This document shows positions 37,968 to 47,691 of a stretch of DNA of 64,000 nucleotides, piece after piece; position 1 is the stretch's first letter, and every line of letters starts with the position of its first letter. The position numbers and the translations under genes were made by a program. The stretch is from Gammaproteobacteria bacterium. Lineage in GTDB: Bacteria; Pseudomonadota; Gammaproteobacteria; VBWC01. Below the pieces are notes generated by a model, which saw nothing but the letters and a program-made list of their open reading frames with translations, did no database searches and was not told where the DNA came from. The DNA is taken from the NCBI GenBank assembly GCA_006218035.1, contig VBWC01000010.1, positions 203,572-267,571 of the forward strand, read 5' to 3'.

Positions 37968-40355
37968 ATGTATCAACTCAACGCCCAGCATCTCCGTGAA
38001 ATCGTTACTTCGATCGCGATACCACTTATCCTGGCCGCATGCGGCGGAGAGTCCTCGAAAGGTGACGTTTCCTCGTCCACATCAGGCGTAAGCATCGCCT
38101 ACGTCACCGTCAGCGGAAGCGTCGGCGACGGCCCGGTCACCGGGGCCCAGCTAACCATTTACGATGCCAACGGCAGACTTGTCACCTCGACTACCAGCGA
38201 CCAGATGGCCAACTATTCTGTAACCTTCGGTATTGACGCGAACTTCCCGCTGACAGTGATTTCGCGCGGTGGAGTTGATATGGTAACCGGCACTGAGCCA
38301 ACGTTCGATATGATATCCGTCATTCCGTCGCCAGTCGTCCGTGTTGCAAACGTCAACCCGTTTTCTACGCTGATTACCAAGATGGCCGCCGCCATGCCAA
38401 ACGGCGTCTCTGACGCTACTCTTAAACTCGCACGAGATATCATCTTTGATACCTTCAGTTTCGGCCTTGATCCGACGTCAATTGCGGATCCGGTTACCTC
38501 GGCGGTAACAGAGCGGAATGCGGCTTCCATGGTCAAGGCATCGGAAGTGCTGGCCGAGATGATTCGCCGCGTGCATGCCGTGCTTCACCCCCTGAACAAA
38601 TCCGCGACAGAAACCGAGGTTCTTAACACCCTGGCAGCCGACCTGACCGATGGCTATCTCGATGGCGAGGGAACCGCTGGATCAAATTCCCTGGCCGCCG
38701 CTGTTGCAAAAATTGTCGAGGCCGAGGTTCTCGTCGAAGCCTTGACTAATAATCTCAAGGTAAATGGCGCCTGGTCGACCGGCGCGCTGGATAACGCGCT
38801 CAATCTGATTATGCCGGGCAGCCTGTTAACCACATCGAATGTCGACATCTCGAATGCGATTCTCAGTCAGACCAGCACCGCGTTAACGGCAGTGAATTCC
38901 TTGATAGCGAGCGCGAATGTCGACGCAGTCCGGGCAGTCGTCACTGATGCGCTCGCTTCTGAATTGAGCTCTTTGGTAATGGGCATTAAGCCGGTGAAAC
39001 TTGAACTGCAACTAACTTACGACCTCTCGCCAGACTTCCAGAATGCGCTGAATATAGTAACGTCCGACACCACTTCCTCGAGCACGATCAACAGTACCGC
39101 GAAGGGTCAGAAGGCGAACTCGACGCCGAAGGTCAATCTGTTCAGCCGTGATTCTGCTGTCGAGCAAGGCTCGGCCACGATGCTCACCTGGGCAGCATCC
39201 AACTCCGCCGCGTGTACCGCTTCAGGCGGTTGGTCTGGCGTAAAGACCACCTCCGGCAACGAAGGAACCGCTACGATCGCGTCACGAACAGATTTTGTCC
39301 TGACATGTTTCGGCACCAATGGTAGAACCGCTGCTGCGTCCGTATCGGTTGACGTTATCGCGCCCCAGGCGCCGGTCAGCGGCGGTGGAACCGTCGATGC
39401 GACTCCGACTCTCGATGGCGGCTCCACTACTACACCAAGCAGCGGCGGAACCGTCGAGGTCATTCCGACACCGGATACGGGTACTGCTACAACTCCGAGC
39501 AGCGGTGGAACCGTCGAGGTCACTCCGATACCGGATACGGGCACTATTACCACGCCGAGCAACTTGATCATTCGCGTAAACGCTGGCGGCAGCGACTACA
39601 CGGACACCGCGGGAAATCTGTGGAAGGCCGATTATGGATACAACACCGGAAGCGCATTTTCAGTGGCTGATCCAGTGGCCGGAACAGGTGATGACGTGCT
39701 TTACCAGAGCGAGCGCTGGGATGACCCGACCGGTGACGAGCTGGAGTACACATTTACCGTACCGAACGGACACTATCTGGTGAACCTCCGTTTCATGGAT
39801 CAGGCATCGCGTATCGGCTGGCGCGTGTTTGATGTGCAGATCGAGGGCCGGATCGCGCTTGATAAGCTGGATATCTACGCTGAAGTCGGGCAGCTTGCCG
39901 CATTAACCAAGGGAATGGCGGTCGACGTGACGGACGGGCAGATGAATATCCGCTTCCTGCACGTGCTACAGAACCCGAAAATTGATGCCATAGAGATTAT
40001 TCAACTTGAGCAATTACCCACTACCACGACACAGACGGTAATCAGCCCGAATACCGGCATCGTGTCGGCCGCACCGATGAAGCTGTCCTGGAACTCCAAC
40101 CCTTCGCTGGACAACGTGGTGGGCTACAGCGTGTACTATGGAGGCGACGAAAATTCTGTTAGTATTCCGCTTGGCGATATTCGTACTGACTCCGTGGGGT
40201 TCTCCCCCGCAGCGCCATCTGTAACATACAACCCCGAAACGGATTTGGGTTTGCAGGCAGGTAATCGCGTCTGCTTCAAAATTCGCGCCTACAATGCCGA
40301 TGGCTTCTCAGGCTGGTCGACCCCGGTATGCAGCCTGATTGCACAGGCAATATAA
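37968..40355 (+). CDS. Large surface lipoprotein with Ig-like domains, a triple Thr/Ser/Gly-rich tandem repeat, a malectin-like carbohydrate-binding domain, and a C-terminal Cys-pair FN3-like domain.
   Basis: Lipobox LILAAC. The malectin-like region is IRVNAGGSDYTDTAGNLWKADYGYNTG...YQSERW. The C-terminus ...CFKIRAYNADGFSGWSTPVC is shared with the lipoprotein encoded at 35946..36617. The ORF track starts at 37917. Confidence 0.6.
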   Translation: MYQLNAQHLREIVTSIAIPLILAACGGESSKGDVSSSTSGVSIAYVTVSGSVGDGPVTGAQLTIYDANGRLVTSTTSDQMANYSVTFGIDANFPLTVISRGGVDMVTGTEPTFDMISVIPSPVVRVANVNPFSTLITKMAAAMPNGVSDATLKLARDIIFDTFSFGLDPTSIADPVTSAVTERNAASMVKASEVLAEMIRRVHAVLHPLNKSATETEVLNTLAADLTDGYLDGEGTAGSNSLAAAVAKIVEAEVLVEALTNNLKVNGAWSTGALDNALNLIMPGSLLTTSNVDISNAILSQTSTALTAVNSLIASANVDAVRAVVTDALASELSSLVMGIKPVKLELQLTYDLSPDFQNALNIVTSDTTSSSTINSTAKGQKANSTPKVNLFSRDSAVEQGSATMLTWAASNSAACTASGGWSGVKTTSGNEGTATIASRTDFVLTCFGTNGRTAAASVSVDVIAPQAPVSGGGTVDATPTLDGGSTTTPSSGGTVEVIPTPDTGTATTPSSGGTVEVTPIPDTGTITTPSNLIIRVNAGGSDYTDTAGNLWKADYGYNTGSAFSVADPVAGTGDDVLYQSERWDDPTGDELEYTFTVPNGHYLVNLRFMDQASRIGWRVFDVQIEGRIALDKLDIYAEVGQLAALTKGMAVDVTDGQMNIRFLHVLQNPKIDAIEIIQLEQLPTTTTQTVISPNTGIVSAAPMKLSWNSNPSLDNVVGYSVYYGGDENSVSIPLGDIRTDSVGFSPAAPSVTYNPETDLGLQAGNRVCFKIRAYNADGFSGWSTPVCSLIAQAI
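39363..39570 (+). repeat. Three tandem copies of a roughly 60-nt coding repeat, encoding (S)GGTVE/DV.P.PDTGT.TTPS, inside the malectin lipoprotein gene.
   Basis: The near-identical units ggcggaaccgtcgaggtcattccgacaccggatacgggtactgctacaactccgagcagc and ggtggaaccgtcgaggtcactccgataccggatacgggcactattaccacgccgagc are visible directly. Confidence 0.7.
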
Positions 40356-40361
40356 GAGGGA

Positions 40362-41585
40362 TTGGAAGTGACTAACCGTCATCAACCCATTGAAATGAAA
40401 GCAACCAAGCAACCAACTTCGGTGATGCACATTATGACTCGACACTACCAATATATCCTGGCATTCGCGCTCCTGTTTACCACCAGTTTCCCGGCGGTTT
40501 CGTTCGCCGCCGCCCCTGTCGTCCCGGGTGGCCTGTGTATTGAAACGCCCGAAGGGATTCAGTGCGCGGTGGCCGCACCCGTCGTAGCGAACCCAACTAT
40601 CATCGCTCCAAAGACCGTGAATCCCCAAAATTTTCACCCGGGATATTACATGCTGGTAGGACCGAACGATGGAACATTTACCTTTGACAGAATCAAAGGT
40701 AACCCGGACTTTTTAGGGGTAAAAAAAGTATACACTTGGAAAAAACTCGAGCCTGCAGAAGGCCAATATGATTTTTCACAAATCGAAAGTGATCTAGCCT
40801 ACCTGCAGTCCATAGGCAAGCGCTTGTGGATCGAAATACGATGGACAACGTGGACCTCGGCTTACCCGCCTGAGAGCCCTTCATATATGTGGCGCAATTC
40901 AAAATACGGCTGCGATTCTGGGTACTACGGCAGCTATGCGCGCTCGGTGGCACTAGGCGGATGGCTGTTATGCTCATGGAACGCCAATGTACAGGCAAGG
41001 GTTGCCGCCCTATACAATGCATTGGGCAGCCGGTTCAACAGCGAGCCATATTTTGAGGGTCTTAACGTTGGAGAAACGTCGACCGGCTATCCCGGGGACA
41101 CTAACGCTGCGGTATGGGGTTATAGCGCGACGAACGAAGCGAATGCCTTTAAAGCTAACGCGCTTGCAGCGAAACGCGCATTTCCGAGCAAAACCGTCGT
41201 TCAGCAAATTAACTACGCTGCATTTGATCTCACGGCATTTGCCTCTTGGCTTGTCGCTAACGGCATAGGTCTTGGCACTCCCGACGTCTACACGAACAAG
41301 CCGACAAATTCCGTAGTTACTGTCATCTATCCACTCATGAAGGCATCTCAAGGCGCCGTGCCAATTGCGCCTGATGTACAGTGGAGCAATTATGTAGACA
41401 ATAGTACTGCGCTAGGTGATAGCAACGTGGCCGAAACTACTCTTAAAGGCGCGATAACCATGATAACTCCGCATTACTTGTTTTGGGAGAACAGAGAGCC
41501 TTTCCTTACTGACATGGTGGTCCCGTCAGTAAGGAACTACGGAATGCTTCCAGCCGCGAAAGCATTTTATAATTCTAATAAATAG
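40362..41585 (+). CDS. Secreted protein, possibly a TIM-barrel glycoside-hydrolase-like enzyme acting on the polysaccharide.
   Basis: Signal peptide ...ILAFALLFTTSFPAVSFAA. A pattern resembling the start of a (beta/alpha)8 GH fold: VYTWKKLEPAEGQYDFSQIESDLAYLQSIGKRLWIEI. The start is uncertain: a GTG at 40368 follows the SD AAGAGGGA. Confidence 0.4.
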   Translation: MEVTNRHQPIEMKATKQPTSVMHIMTRHYQYILAFALLFTTSFPAVSFAAAPVVPGGLCIETPEGIQCAVAAPVVANPTIIAPKTVNPQNFHPGYYMLVGPNDGTFTFDRIKGNPDFLGVKKVYTWKKLEPAEGQYDFSQIESDLAYLQSIGKRLWIEIRWTTWTSAYPPESPSYMWRNSKYGCDSGYYGSYARSVALGGWLLCSWNANVQARVAALYNALGSRFNSEPYFEGLNVGETSTGYPGDTNAAVWGYSATNEANAFKANALAAKRAFPSKTVVQQINYAAFDLTAFASWLVANGIGLGTPDVYTNKPTNSVVTVIYPLMKASQGAVPIAPDVQWSNYVDNSTALGDSNVAETTLKGAITMITPHYLFWENREPFLTDMVVPSVRNYGMLPAAKAFYNSNK

Positions 41586-41672
41586 GGATCAACTCGGAAA
41601 CGTGTGAATGATTTTCCGTAGTATTGGCCTGGTTCGAAGCTGTAGGATAGAGTTTTTCATGAGTCTGTATCC

Positions 41673-41912
41673 TTGCTGAATGGGAACGCTGATGAGGCGT
41701 GCGCGTGCCCAGATCATGCAAAAATCACCCTCACGATTACGCGAAGATCCATAAAAGAAGCCATCACCGACGTGAAGGCGTTGCGAGAGAAATTACAGCA
41801 ACCGTCACTGGTGGAGGATAAGACAGCATTGAAAATATATGCACTTGGTTATCAGCCAGAAGATTACGGCAAGCCGGAGATTACAGTAGTGCGGCTGGCT
41901 GGTCTTGCATAA
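41673..41912 (+). CDS. Hypothetical small protein of 79 aa with a non-ATG start.
   Basis: It is the only ORF in the 350-bp gap, and its K/E-rich composition is plausible. I recognise no motif. Confidence 0.2.
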   Translation: MLNGNADEACACPDHAKITLTITRRSIKEAITDVKALREKLQQPSLVEDKTALKIYALGYQPEDYGKPEITVVRLAGLA

Positions 41913-41935
41913 GCAGCGCTCGGCGGAGACTAGAC

Positions 41936-42748
41936 ATGCAAACAACATCGCAATTGCGCGAACATTACGAGATAGAACGGCAGCTCGCTGACCGCCTTAG
42001 ATCAGCTTCTAAAGATGAACGAAAAACCCTGTACACATCGCTCTACGATGAGCTTTTCAAACGTGTGCCACATCACCCGCAACTGAGCAAACGAACCGAG
42101 AAAACAACAAAGGCGACACAGCGGCAGGCACGTTTCCTAGGAAAACTCTGCAAACAACGTAAGCCAGTATTTCTGGAAGTCGGGCCGGGTGATTGCGCTA
42201 TCTCCCTAGAAATGGCGAAGTATGACGCACAGGTTTACGCAGTTGATGTCTCCAATGAGATCACCAATCACATAGCGCCTCCGCGTAACTTTTCCCTGAT
42301 CCTGTCAGACGGGTGCAGCGTCGACGTACCGAAAGAGTCTGTTGATCTGGCGTTCTCGAATCAACTCATGGAACATCTGCATCCTGATGATGCTATCGCA
42401 CAATTACACAATATCTATTCTGCCCTGAAGCCTGGCGGTAAGTACTTCATCGTCACTCCGTCACGCTTTAGTGGCCCGCACGATGTCAGCCAACATTTCG
42501 ACGATGTGGCAACAGGGTTCCACCTGCATGAATACTCATTGGATGAACTGATGGAGGAATGTCGGAACGTTGGTTTCAGCAAGTTTACCACCTACATCGG
42601 CAAGGATGGATCCTATCTATCTGTTCCGATCTGGGTTGTACGATTCACAGAGAAAATAGCCGGCCATCTGCCGAAAAAATGGCGTAAGTTCTCGCCGCTT
42701 CGGCTTTTGCTTGGGATCAGGCTTATGGCGGAGCGTGGGATGTTATGA
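41936..42748 (+). CDS. Class I SAM-dependent methyltransferase.
   Basis: Motif I LEVGPGDCAIS and post-I/II motifs (...LKPGGKYFIVTP). Confidence 0.75.
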   Translation: MQTTSQLREHYEIERQLADRLRSASKDERKTLYTSLYDELFKRVPHHPQLSKRTEKTTKATQRQARFLGKLCKQRKPVFLEVGPGDCAISLEMAKYDAQVYAVDVSNEITNHIAPPRNFSLILSDGCSVDVPKESVDLAFSNQLMEHLHPDDAIAQLHNIYSALKPGGKYFIVTPSRFSGPHDVSQHFDDVATGFHLHEYSLDELMEECRNVGFSKFTTYIGKDGSYLSVPIWVVRFTEKIAGHLPKKWRKFSPLRLLLGIRLMAERGML

Positions 42749-42791
42749 CTAAAAACTTCTGACCTCAGCTAACAATGGGAAGTTTACCATG

Positions 42792-43886
42792 TCATAATCT
42801 ATAGACCTCCAAAGTTTTCTTCGCGACCGTTTCCCAATTATACTTATCGCGCAACCACGCGCGAGTGGTTTCATGCGCAATATTTGATTGCTGAACGGAG
42901 GAAAATCGCTTTATAAGCTCCTCAAGTTCAGAAATATTCCCCAACGGAAAATAATTCTCTTTCGGCAACCCGATTTCCAGGTTAGCGGGAATATCGCTGG
43001 CGATCACGGGAACCCCATAACTTAACGCCTCCAGCATCGCAATAGGCAGCCCCTCATGCGACGAAGGAAGGACGAAAAGGCCGGCATGTGCGTAAAGTTC
43101 GCGTAGCGCCAGACCGCTCTGATAGCCAGTGAGTACAATGCCCGGAACCTTGTTCGCTTCGGCGCGCATTGTTCTTGAATATTCGTCCGGGTGATCCGCG
43201 TCGCCCACCAATACAAGCTTCCATTCAGGAAGGCTGGCTTTGCTGAACGCGCGCATCAGATCCAGATGCCTTTTCTCCGGAACGAAACGACTTACCAGGA
43301 GGACATATCGCCGCCTTTCGATACCATATTTATCCAGGGCGTTCGTAGTCTCGGGAATCTCGGGCAAATCAACACCGTTGGGAATGACGACCGAGTCAAC
43401 GCCGTGTTGCTCTTTTACAAGCCCTCTGATGACCTCGGAAATCGCGATACGCTGATTGGCATAACGCATTCCCCATTTCTCACCCAGACGCAATAACCAA
43501 CGCGCGAAGCGACCCCACTTTTCGCGATCATAATCCGGGCCATGATGCGTCACGACCACTCGCAGCCCCAGCAATCTGGCCAATGGCGTCATGATTGCCG
43601 GCCCTATCGCATGCATATGCAGAACATCCGGTCGGGCAACCGCCGCGTAAAGCACTCCCAGAAAGGTGTGAACAAAGGCCTCGATACCGTTTATACGCGG
43701 CGCCCACAATATTATAAACCTGACCCCGCTCCATTCCCGTGTTTCACGGGGCATGTAAGGTGACCGGACGATCACATCAACCTCGCAACCCAGACGGACC
43801 AACAACGGATATAGATGTTCCGCATGTTTTTCGACGCCGCCCTGTACATCCGGAAATCCGCGCAGTCCCAGCGCCATTACCCTCAC
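42792..43886 (-). CDS. GT4-family glycosyltransferase with a DUF1972-like N-terminus.
   Basis: SSHEGLPIAMLEALSYGVPVIASDIP (the EX7E region). Confidence 0.8.
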   Translation of the reverse strand: MRVMALGLRGFPDVQGGVEKHAEHLYPLLVRLGCEVDVIVRSPYMPRETREWSGVRFIILWAPRINGIEAFVHTFLGVLYAAVARPDVLHMHAIGPAIMTPLARLLGLRVVVTHHGPDYDREKWGRFARWLLRLGEKWGMRYANQRIAISEVIRGLVKEQHGVDSVVIPNGVDLPEIPETTNALDKYGIERRRYVLLVSRFVPEKRHLDLMRAFSKASLPEWKLVLVGDADHPDEYSRTMRAEANKVPGIVLTGYQSGLALRELYAHAGLFVLPSSHEGLPIAMLEALSYGVPVIASDIPANLEIGLPKENYFPLGNISELEELIKRFSSVQQSNIAHETTRAWLRDKYNWETVAKKTLEVYRL

Positions 43887-45118
43887 GACCGCGCACCCGC
43901 GACGCCCAGCTCACGATATATCTCCAGCATGCGGCCCAGGTAATGTTTCTCGCTAAACTCTCTCTCCATCCATGATCGTCCATAGCGGCCCATATCCGAT
44001 ATTTGCGTGTCTTTGTATGCTGAAAACTCGGCCAGGACCGCGGCCAGCCCCTCTACAGACCCGGATTCAAAAGTCGCCCCGGACTTCCCCTCATGAATCA
44101 ACTCAGGAATTCCGCCGATGGAGGCGCCGATTACGGGCTTGCCCAACGCGTAACCTTCCATGACAGTTAACGGCGCATTTTCATATAGCTCTGAAGGCAA
44201 AACCACAGCTCTTGATAAACGCACAACCTCATGCAACGCATCACCTCTTAAGTACCCAAGAAAATCAACTTTCGCTTTCATATTTTCGGCAAGCTTACGC
44301 AACGCGGCTTCTTCTGGTCCAACCCCTACGATCTGCAACGCTGCCCCAGCAATAGCCGCCGCCTTAATTAGCGTTGCGACACCTTTTTCGGAATTTAATC
44401 TACCGAAGTATACAAATGTCTTTCCTGGCCGATACTCGGGGGAAAAAGAATGAGTATCTATAAAATTGGGTATGTATTTAAAGCGACTGCGGTCCCATCC
44501 CCACTCAACCATTTTTTCTAGATGGAATCGGCTTGGTACCACAAATCGGTCAACGTATTTCGAATAGCTTCCCAACAACGAATGTAAAATGGTTTCAATC
44601 GCTACCAGAGTACTAAGCGCATAAGACTGCTTGACACATCGATGAACGACGACATTGTAAACCCTGCCGCCCTTACATCGTTCACAGATACCATCATGGG
44701 TAAGCATCTTGTAGGCTGGACAGGCCAGCTTCAAATCATGAAGCGTCAATACCACCGGAACACCATTTCTCTTCAAAAGACCAAGTATGGAAGGAGAAAT
44801 ATGATGGTAGATGTTATGCAGATGGCAGATATCCGGCCTGGCCCGGGTTAACAACCGCGAGAGGTTACGCCGGGCCTCCAGAGAATATATTGTCTTCGGA
44901 ACACGCCGGAGCTTGCCCAGAATATTGTATTGCTCCCCATATTCAATTTCGTCTACGAAATACTCTGACCAGGGCGTTTCGATATTCTTTGGATGATGCA
45001 TGGCAAACGGAATTACCTGCCATCCGCTATGCTCGAACAGCTTGTTATGCTCGAGAAATACCACCTCTGCTCCGCCACGGGGATAATAATAGTTGTTAAC
45101 AGACAGCAATATGGGCAT
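43883..45118 (-). CDS. GT4-family glycosyltransferase, a paralogue of 19147..20502.
   Basis: It is colinear with the other gene over its whole length: MPILLSVNNYYYPRGGAE... versus KRLLSINNYHYRRAGSD.... It has the same Cys4 cluster (C-PAYKMLTHDGICERCKGG...C) and PSELYENAPLTVMEGYALGKPVIGASIGGIPE. Confidence 0.85.
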   Translation of the reverse strand: MPILLSVNNYYYPRGGAEVVFLEHNKLFEHSGWQVIPFAMHHPKNIETPWSEYFVDEIEYGEQYNILGKLRRVPKTIYSLEARRNLSRLLTRARPDICHLHNIYHHISPSILGLLKRNGVPVVLTLHDLKLACPAYKMLTHDGICERCKGGRVYNVVVHRCVKQSYALSTLVAIETILHSLLGSYSKYVDRFVVPSRFHLEKMVEWGWDRSRFKYIPNFIDTHSFSPEYRPGKTFVYFGRLNSEKGVATLIKAAAIAGAALQIVGVGPEEAALRKLAENMKAKVDFLGYLRGDALHEVVRLSRAVVLPSELYENAPLTVMEGYALGKPVIGASIGGIPELIHEGKSGATFESGSVEGLAAVLAEFSAYKDTQISDMGRYGRSWMEREFSEKHYLGRMLEIYRELGVAGARS

Positions 45119-45156
45119 TAATCTTGTCCTTCTAACCTTTTTCGCAGGTACACCAG

Positions 45157-46503
45157 CTAACTATGCAAGGTTGTTCTTACAGGGTTATATTGCGCCCACC
45201 GACGTTCCGCGGAGATATATCCCGATATATACGCGAACAGGAAGACCAATACATTCGCGTAAAACAGATTCAAATACGGCACGGTAAGCAGCACGATAAC
45301 CAACACGCCGAACCAACCGGCTGCCAATACGCCTAGTGTATTTTTTTCTTTCCCGATCTTATAGGTGTCATACATTAGAATTATCAGAAATGTAAACAAA
45401 ATAATTATGCCACCGACGCCGACTTCCCATAGTAAAAAGCTAGACAACGTTTCGCTGCTGATTTTTCCGATGCGGCCAGAATACGTGCCCGAGAATACGT
45501 TAATAATCGACGGCGATGCATTACCCACCCCTAAACCCACCCATAACCTCAGCGGGTTATCCGACAGATTTTTTAAAGGCAGCAACAGCTTTTCTACTCG
45601 CCCCCCTCCTTCATCCGGCGTAATCAGCTCCTCTGGCAGCTGCAATCCGCTTCCTATCCTGTTTTTCTCCAGCAAATTTTCCCGGGTTGCGTCCGACTCA
45701 CTGTATAAATAGCTATCTGCCTCCTTATCAACGAATTCACTGATTCCTCTCGCCCCCCACATACTACCCGCATAGTCGTAAATGACCACAAAGCCAGTGG
45801 TTAACAAAGCCCCCAACACAGGAATAACCACTAATTGCGCCATCGATAGACGATTTGAGGCAACAATATAGGGAACCACGATCGCCAGCGGTAACAACAG
45901 CAATGTTACTTTGGTTTCATTAATCGTCGTTGGCAAGAATAGTGCTAACGTTAATAGCAACATCTGCGGAAATCGAAGGCGGCCTCTGACATAAAAGGCT
46001 ATCACTACCGCAATCACCGAAAGTAAGAAAATTGAAAGCACCCCGGACGCGCTTTCTCCGAGCGTTCCCGTCACAAAGTCTCCGGTCGCGGCGTCCCTGT
46101 ATTGAACAAATCTTTGAAAAAACGCCAGTGGCGATTGCATTAATCCCAAAATCAATATGAGCTTGATCTGCCCGCTGATTTCCTGTTCAGAAAATCGGTA
46201 CACTGCAGGCAGTAAAAAAAGCGGTATCCATTTTAGGTAAGGCCGCAATCCGGTGACAATCGTGCCGGGATCTACTGTATTTAAAATCATCCCCGATACC
46301 GCGTGCAGCACTGCCAGCACCCCTAACACCAGATATTTCGGACTCAAGCATAGAGAACGATATGTCGCTATCCTCGCCAGAATTACCACGAGGACAATAC
46401 CTGACAGAATCTCCGGAACCAGATTAAAGGCGCGGTGAATGCCTGATGCGAGATACGATGAAAAAAATACCGCGAGAATTATCGAATATACTAATTTGTT
46501 CAT
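45157..46503 (-). CDS. Polytopic membrane protein of the O-antigen ligase/polymerase (Wzy-like) type.
   Basis: Ten or more predicted TM helices and a large periplasmic loop, within a GT-rich polysaccharide locus. There is no diagnostic motif, so this is a context-based call. Confidence 0.55.
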   Translation of the reverse strand: MNKLVYSIILAVFFSSYLASGIHRAFNLVPEILSGIVLVVILARIATYRSLCLSPKYLVLGVLAVLHAVSGMILNTVDPGTIVTGLRPYLKWIPLFLLPAVYRFSEQEISGQIKLILILGLMQSPLAFFQRFVQYRDAATGDFVTGTLGESASGVLSIFLLSVIAVVIAFYVRGRLRFPQMLLLTLALFLPTTINETKVTLLLLPLAIVVPYIVASNRLSMAQLVVIPVLGALLTTGFVVIYDYAGSMWGARGISEFVDKEADSYLYSESDATRENLLEKNRIGSGLQLPEELITPDEGGGRVEKLLLPLKNLSDNPLRLWVGLGVGNASPSIINVFSGTYSGRIGKISSETLSSFLLWEVGVGGIIILFTFLIILMYDTYKIGKEKNTLGVLAAGWFGVLVIVLLTVPYLNLFYANVLVFLFAYISGYISAERRWAQYNPVRTTLHS

Positions 46504-46512
46504 CTCAACACG

Positions 46513-47691
46513 TCACGACAGTTCCCGACGATATCTGCCGCCAAGATAATCGGCGAAGTGACGTCCCTGGATTGTCCAGTCGTACGTGTCCCGCATAAAA
46601 TCACGCGCCGCTCTCGCCGCGTCGGTAAGCTGACCCCGATGATCGAACGCATATTCGATGGCTACTCGAATATCACTGGCCTCGTATCCCGTCGTCCACA
46701 CTACAAAATCCTGCCCGTCGGCGACATCCTTATGGGCTGGAATCGGGGTCAGAATAACAGGCTTCTCACATGCCATATATTCAAACACCTTAAGCGGGCT
46801 TGAAACGTTCCACTCGAGCAGATCCGGTAGCGGACAAATACAACAATCGGCCTGTGCGATTCTATTTGGAATATCTTCATACGGAACGTACCCGGCAAGC
46901 GTGACGCTATCGGTGACTCCGTGCCGACGAACGATATCCTGCAGCGCGATCTTTCCTGAATCCGGCCCGACAATCACAAACCGTATATGGCCTCGATAAG
47001 CCGGCGACAGCAGCGACATCGCTTCAATGACCTTATCTATTCCACGAGTTCCATAAATACTTCCGTGGTAAAAAACGGTGAATAGTTTTCTGCTTATTCC
47101 ACGATCCGGCGCTTCCACAGGTCGGAAGACGCTCATATTCACACTGGACTGCCAGATGACATAATCCTCGAATACGGCACGAAACTCCTGTTCTATTGCG
47201 GATTTCAATCGTTCAGTGATAAACGAATAGCTCGACGCGTATTTTCGCAATTTTCCGATCGTAAAAGTCCAAAACACCCAATGGTCTACCTTGCCTTTGA
47301 AAGAGCTTAGCGCTCTCAACGGCAGTGTCCGCACATCGAGATGCAGTTTATGGAAGCCGCGTCTCTTTAGGCTGGGGGCAATAAGCAACGATTCCGGTTT
47401 TAATATAATAATATCGTCTCTGCCGGCATTCCTAAGTACCCATGAGAGCATCCTGATCAATAACGCTATACGAAAGATAAACGGAATGTCCCATACCCGC
47501 AGCGATACAACATCCAGATTTTCATTCTCGTATGGCGCATTTTCATAGCCTGTGACAAGCGTAACGTCGAACCCATGCGCCTGAAGTACCTTCGACATTT
47601 CAATCCACGGACTTTTATTGGGCTTGGTATCGAAGCGATCTGCGTCCAACCATATGACTCTCCGATTATTAGTTTTTCCCACGCGCATCAT
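46513..47691 (-). CDS. Glycosyltransferase, GT4-like.
   Basis: C-terminal FEYMACEKPVILTPIPAHKD resembles the GT-B donor-binding region. Confidence 0.6.
   Translation of the reverse strand: MMRVGKTNNRRVIWLDADRFDTKPNKSPWIEMSKVLQAHGFDVTLVTGYENAPYENENLDVVSLRVWDIPFIFRIALLIRMLSWVLRNAGRDDIIILKPESLLIAPSLKRRGFHKLHLDVRTLPLRALSSFKGKVDHWVFWTFTIGKLRKYASSYSFITERLKSAIEQEFRAVFEDYVIWQSSVNMSVFRPVEAPDRGISRKLFTVFYHGSIYGTRGIDKVIEAMSLLSPAYRGHIRFVIVGPDSGKIALQDIVRRHGVTDSVTLAGYVPYEDIPNRIAQADCCICPLPDLLEWNVSSPLKVFEYMACEKPVILTPIPAHKDVADGQDFVVWTTGYEASDIRVAIEYAFDHRGQLTDAARAARDFMRDTYDWTIQGRHFADYLGGRYRRELS

Noticed and set aside
39363-39570. Possible CRISPR-like periodic repeat.
   Set aside because: The units are contiguous 60-nt in-frame coding repeats without unique spacers, inside a lipoprotein gene. 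This is a protein tandem repeat, not a CRISPR array.
41630-41650. The ggttcgaag motif resembles a tRNA T-arm.
   Set aside because: No acceptor stem or anticodon arm can be formed around it. No tRNA-like cloverleaf was found anywhere in the window by eye.
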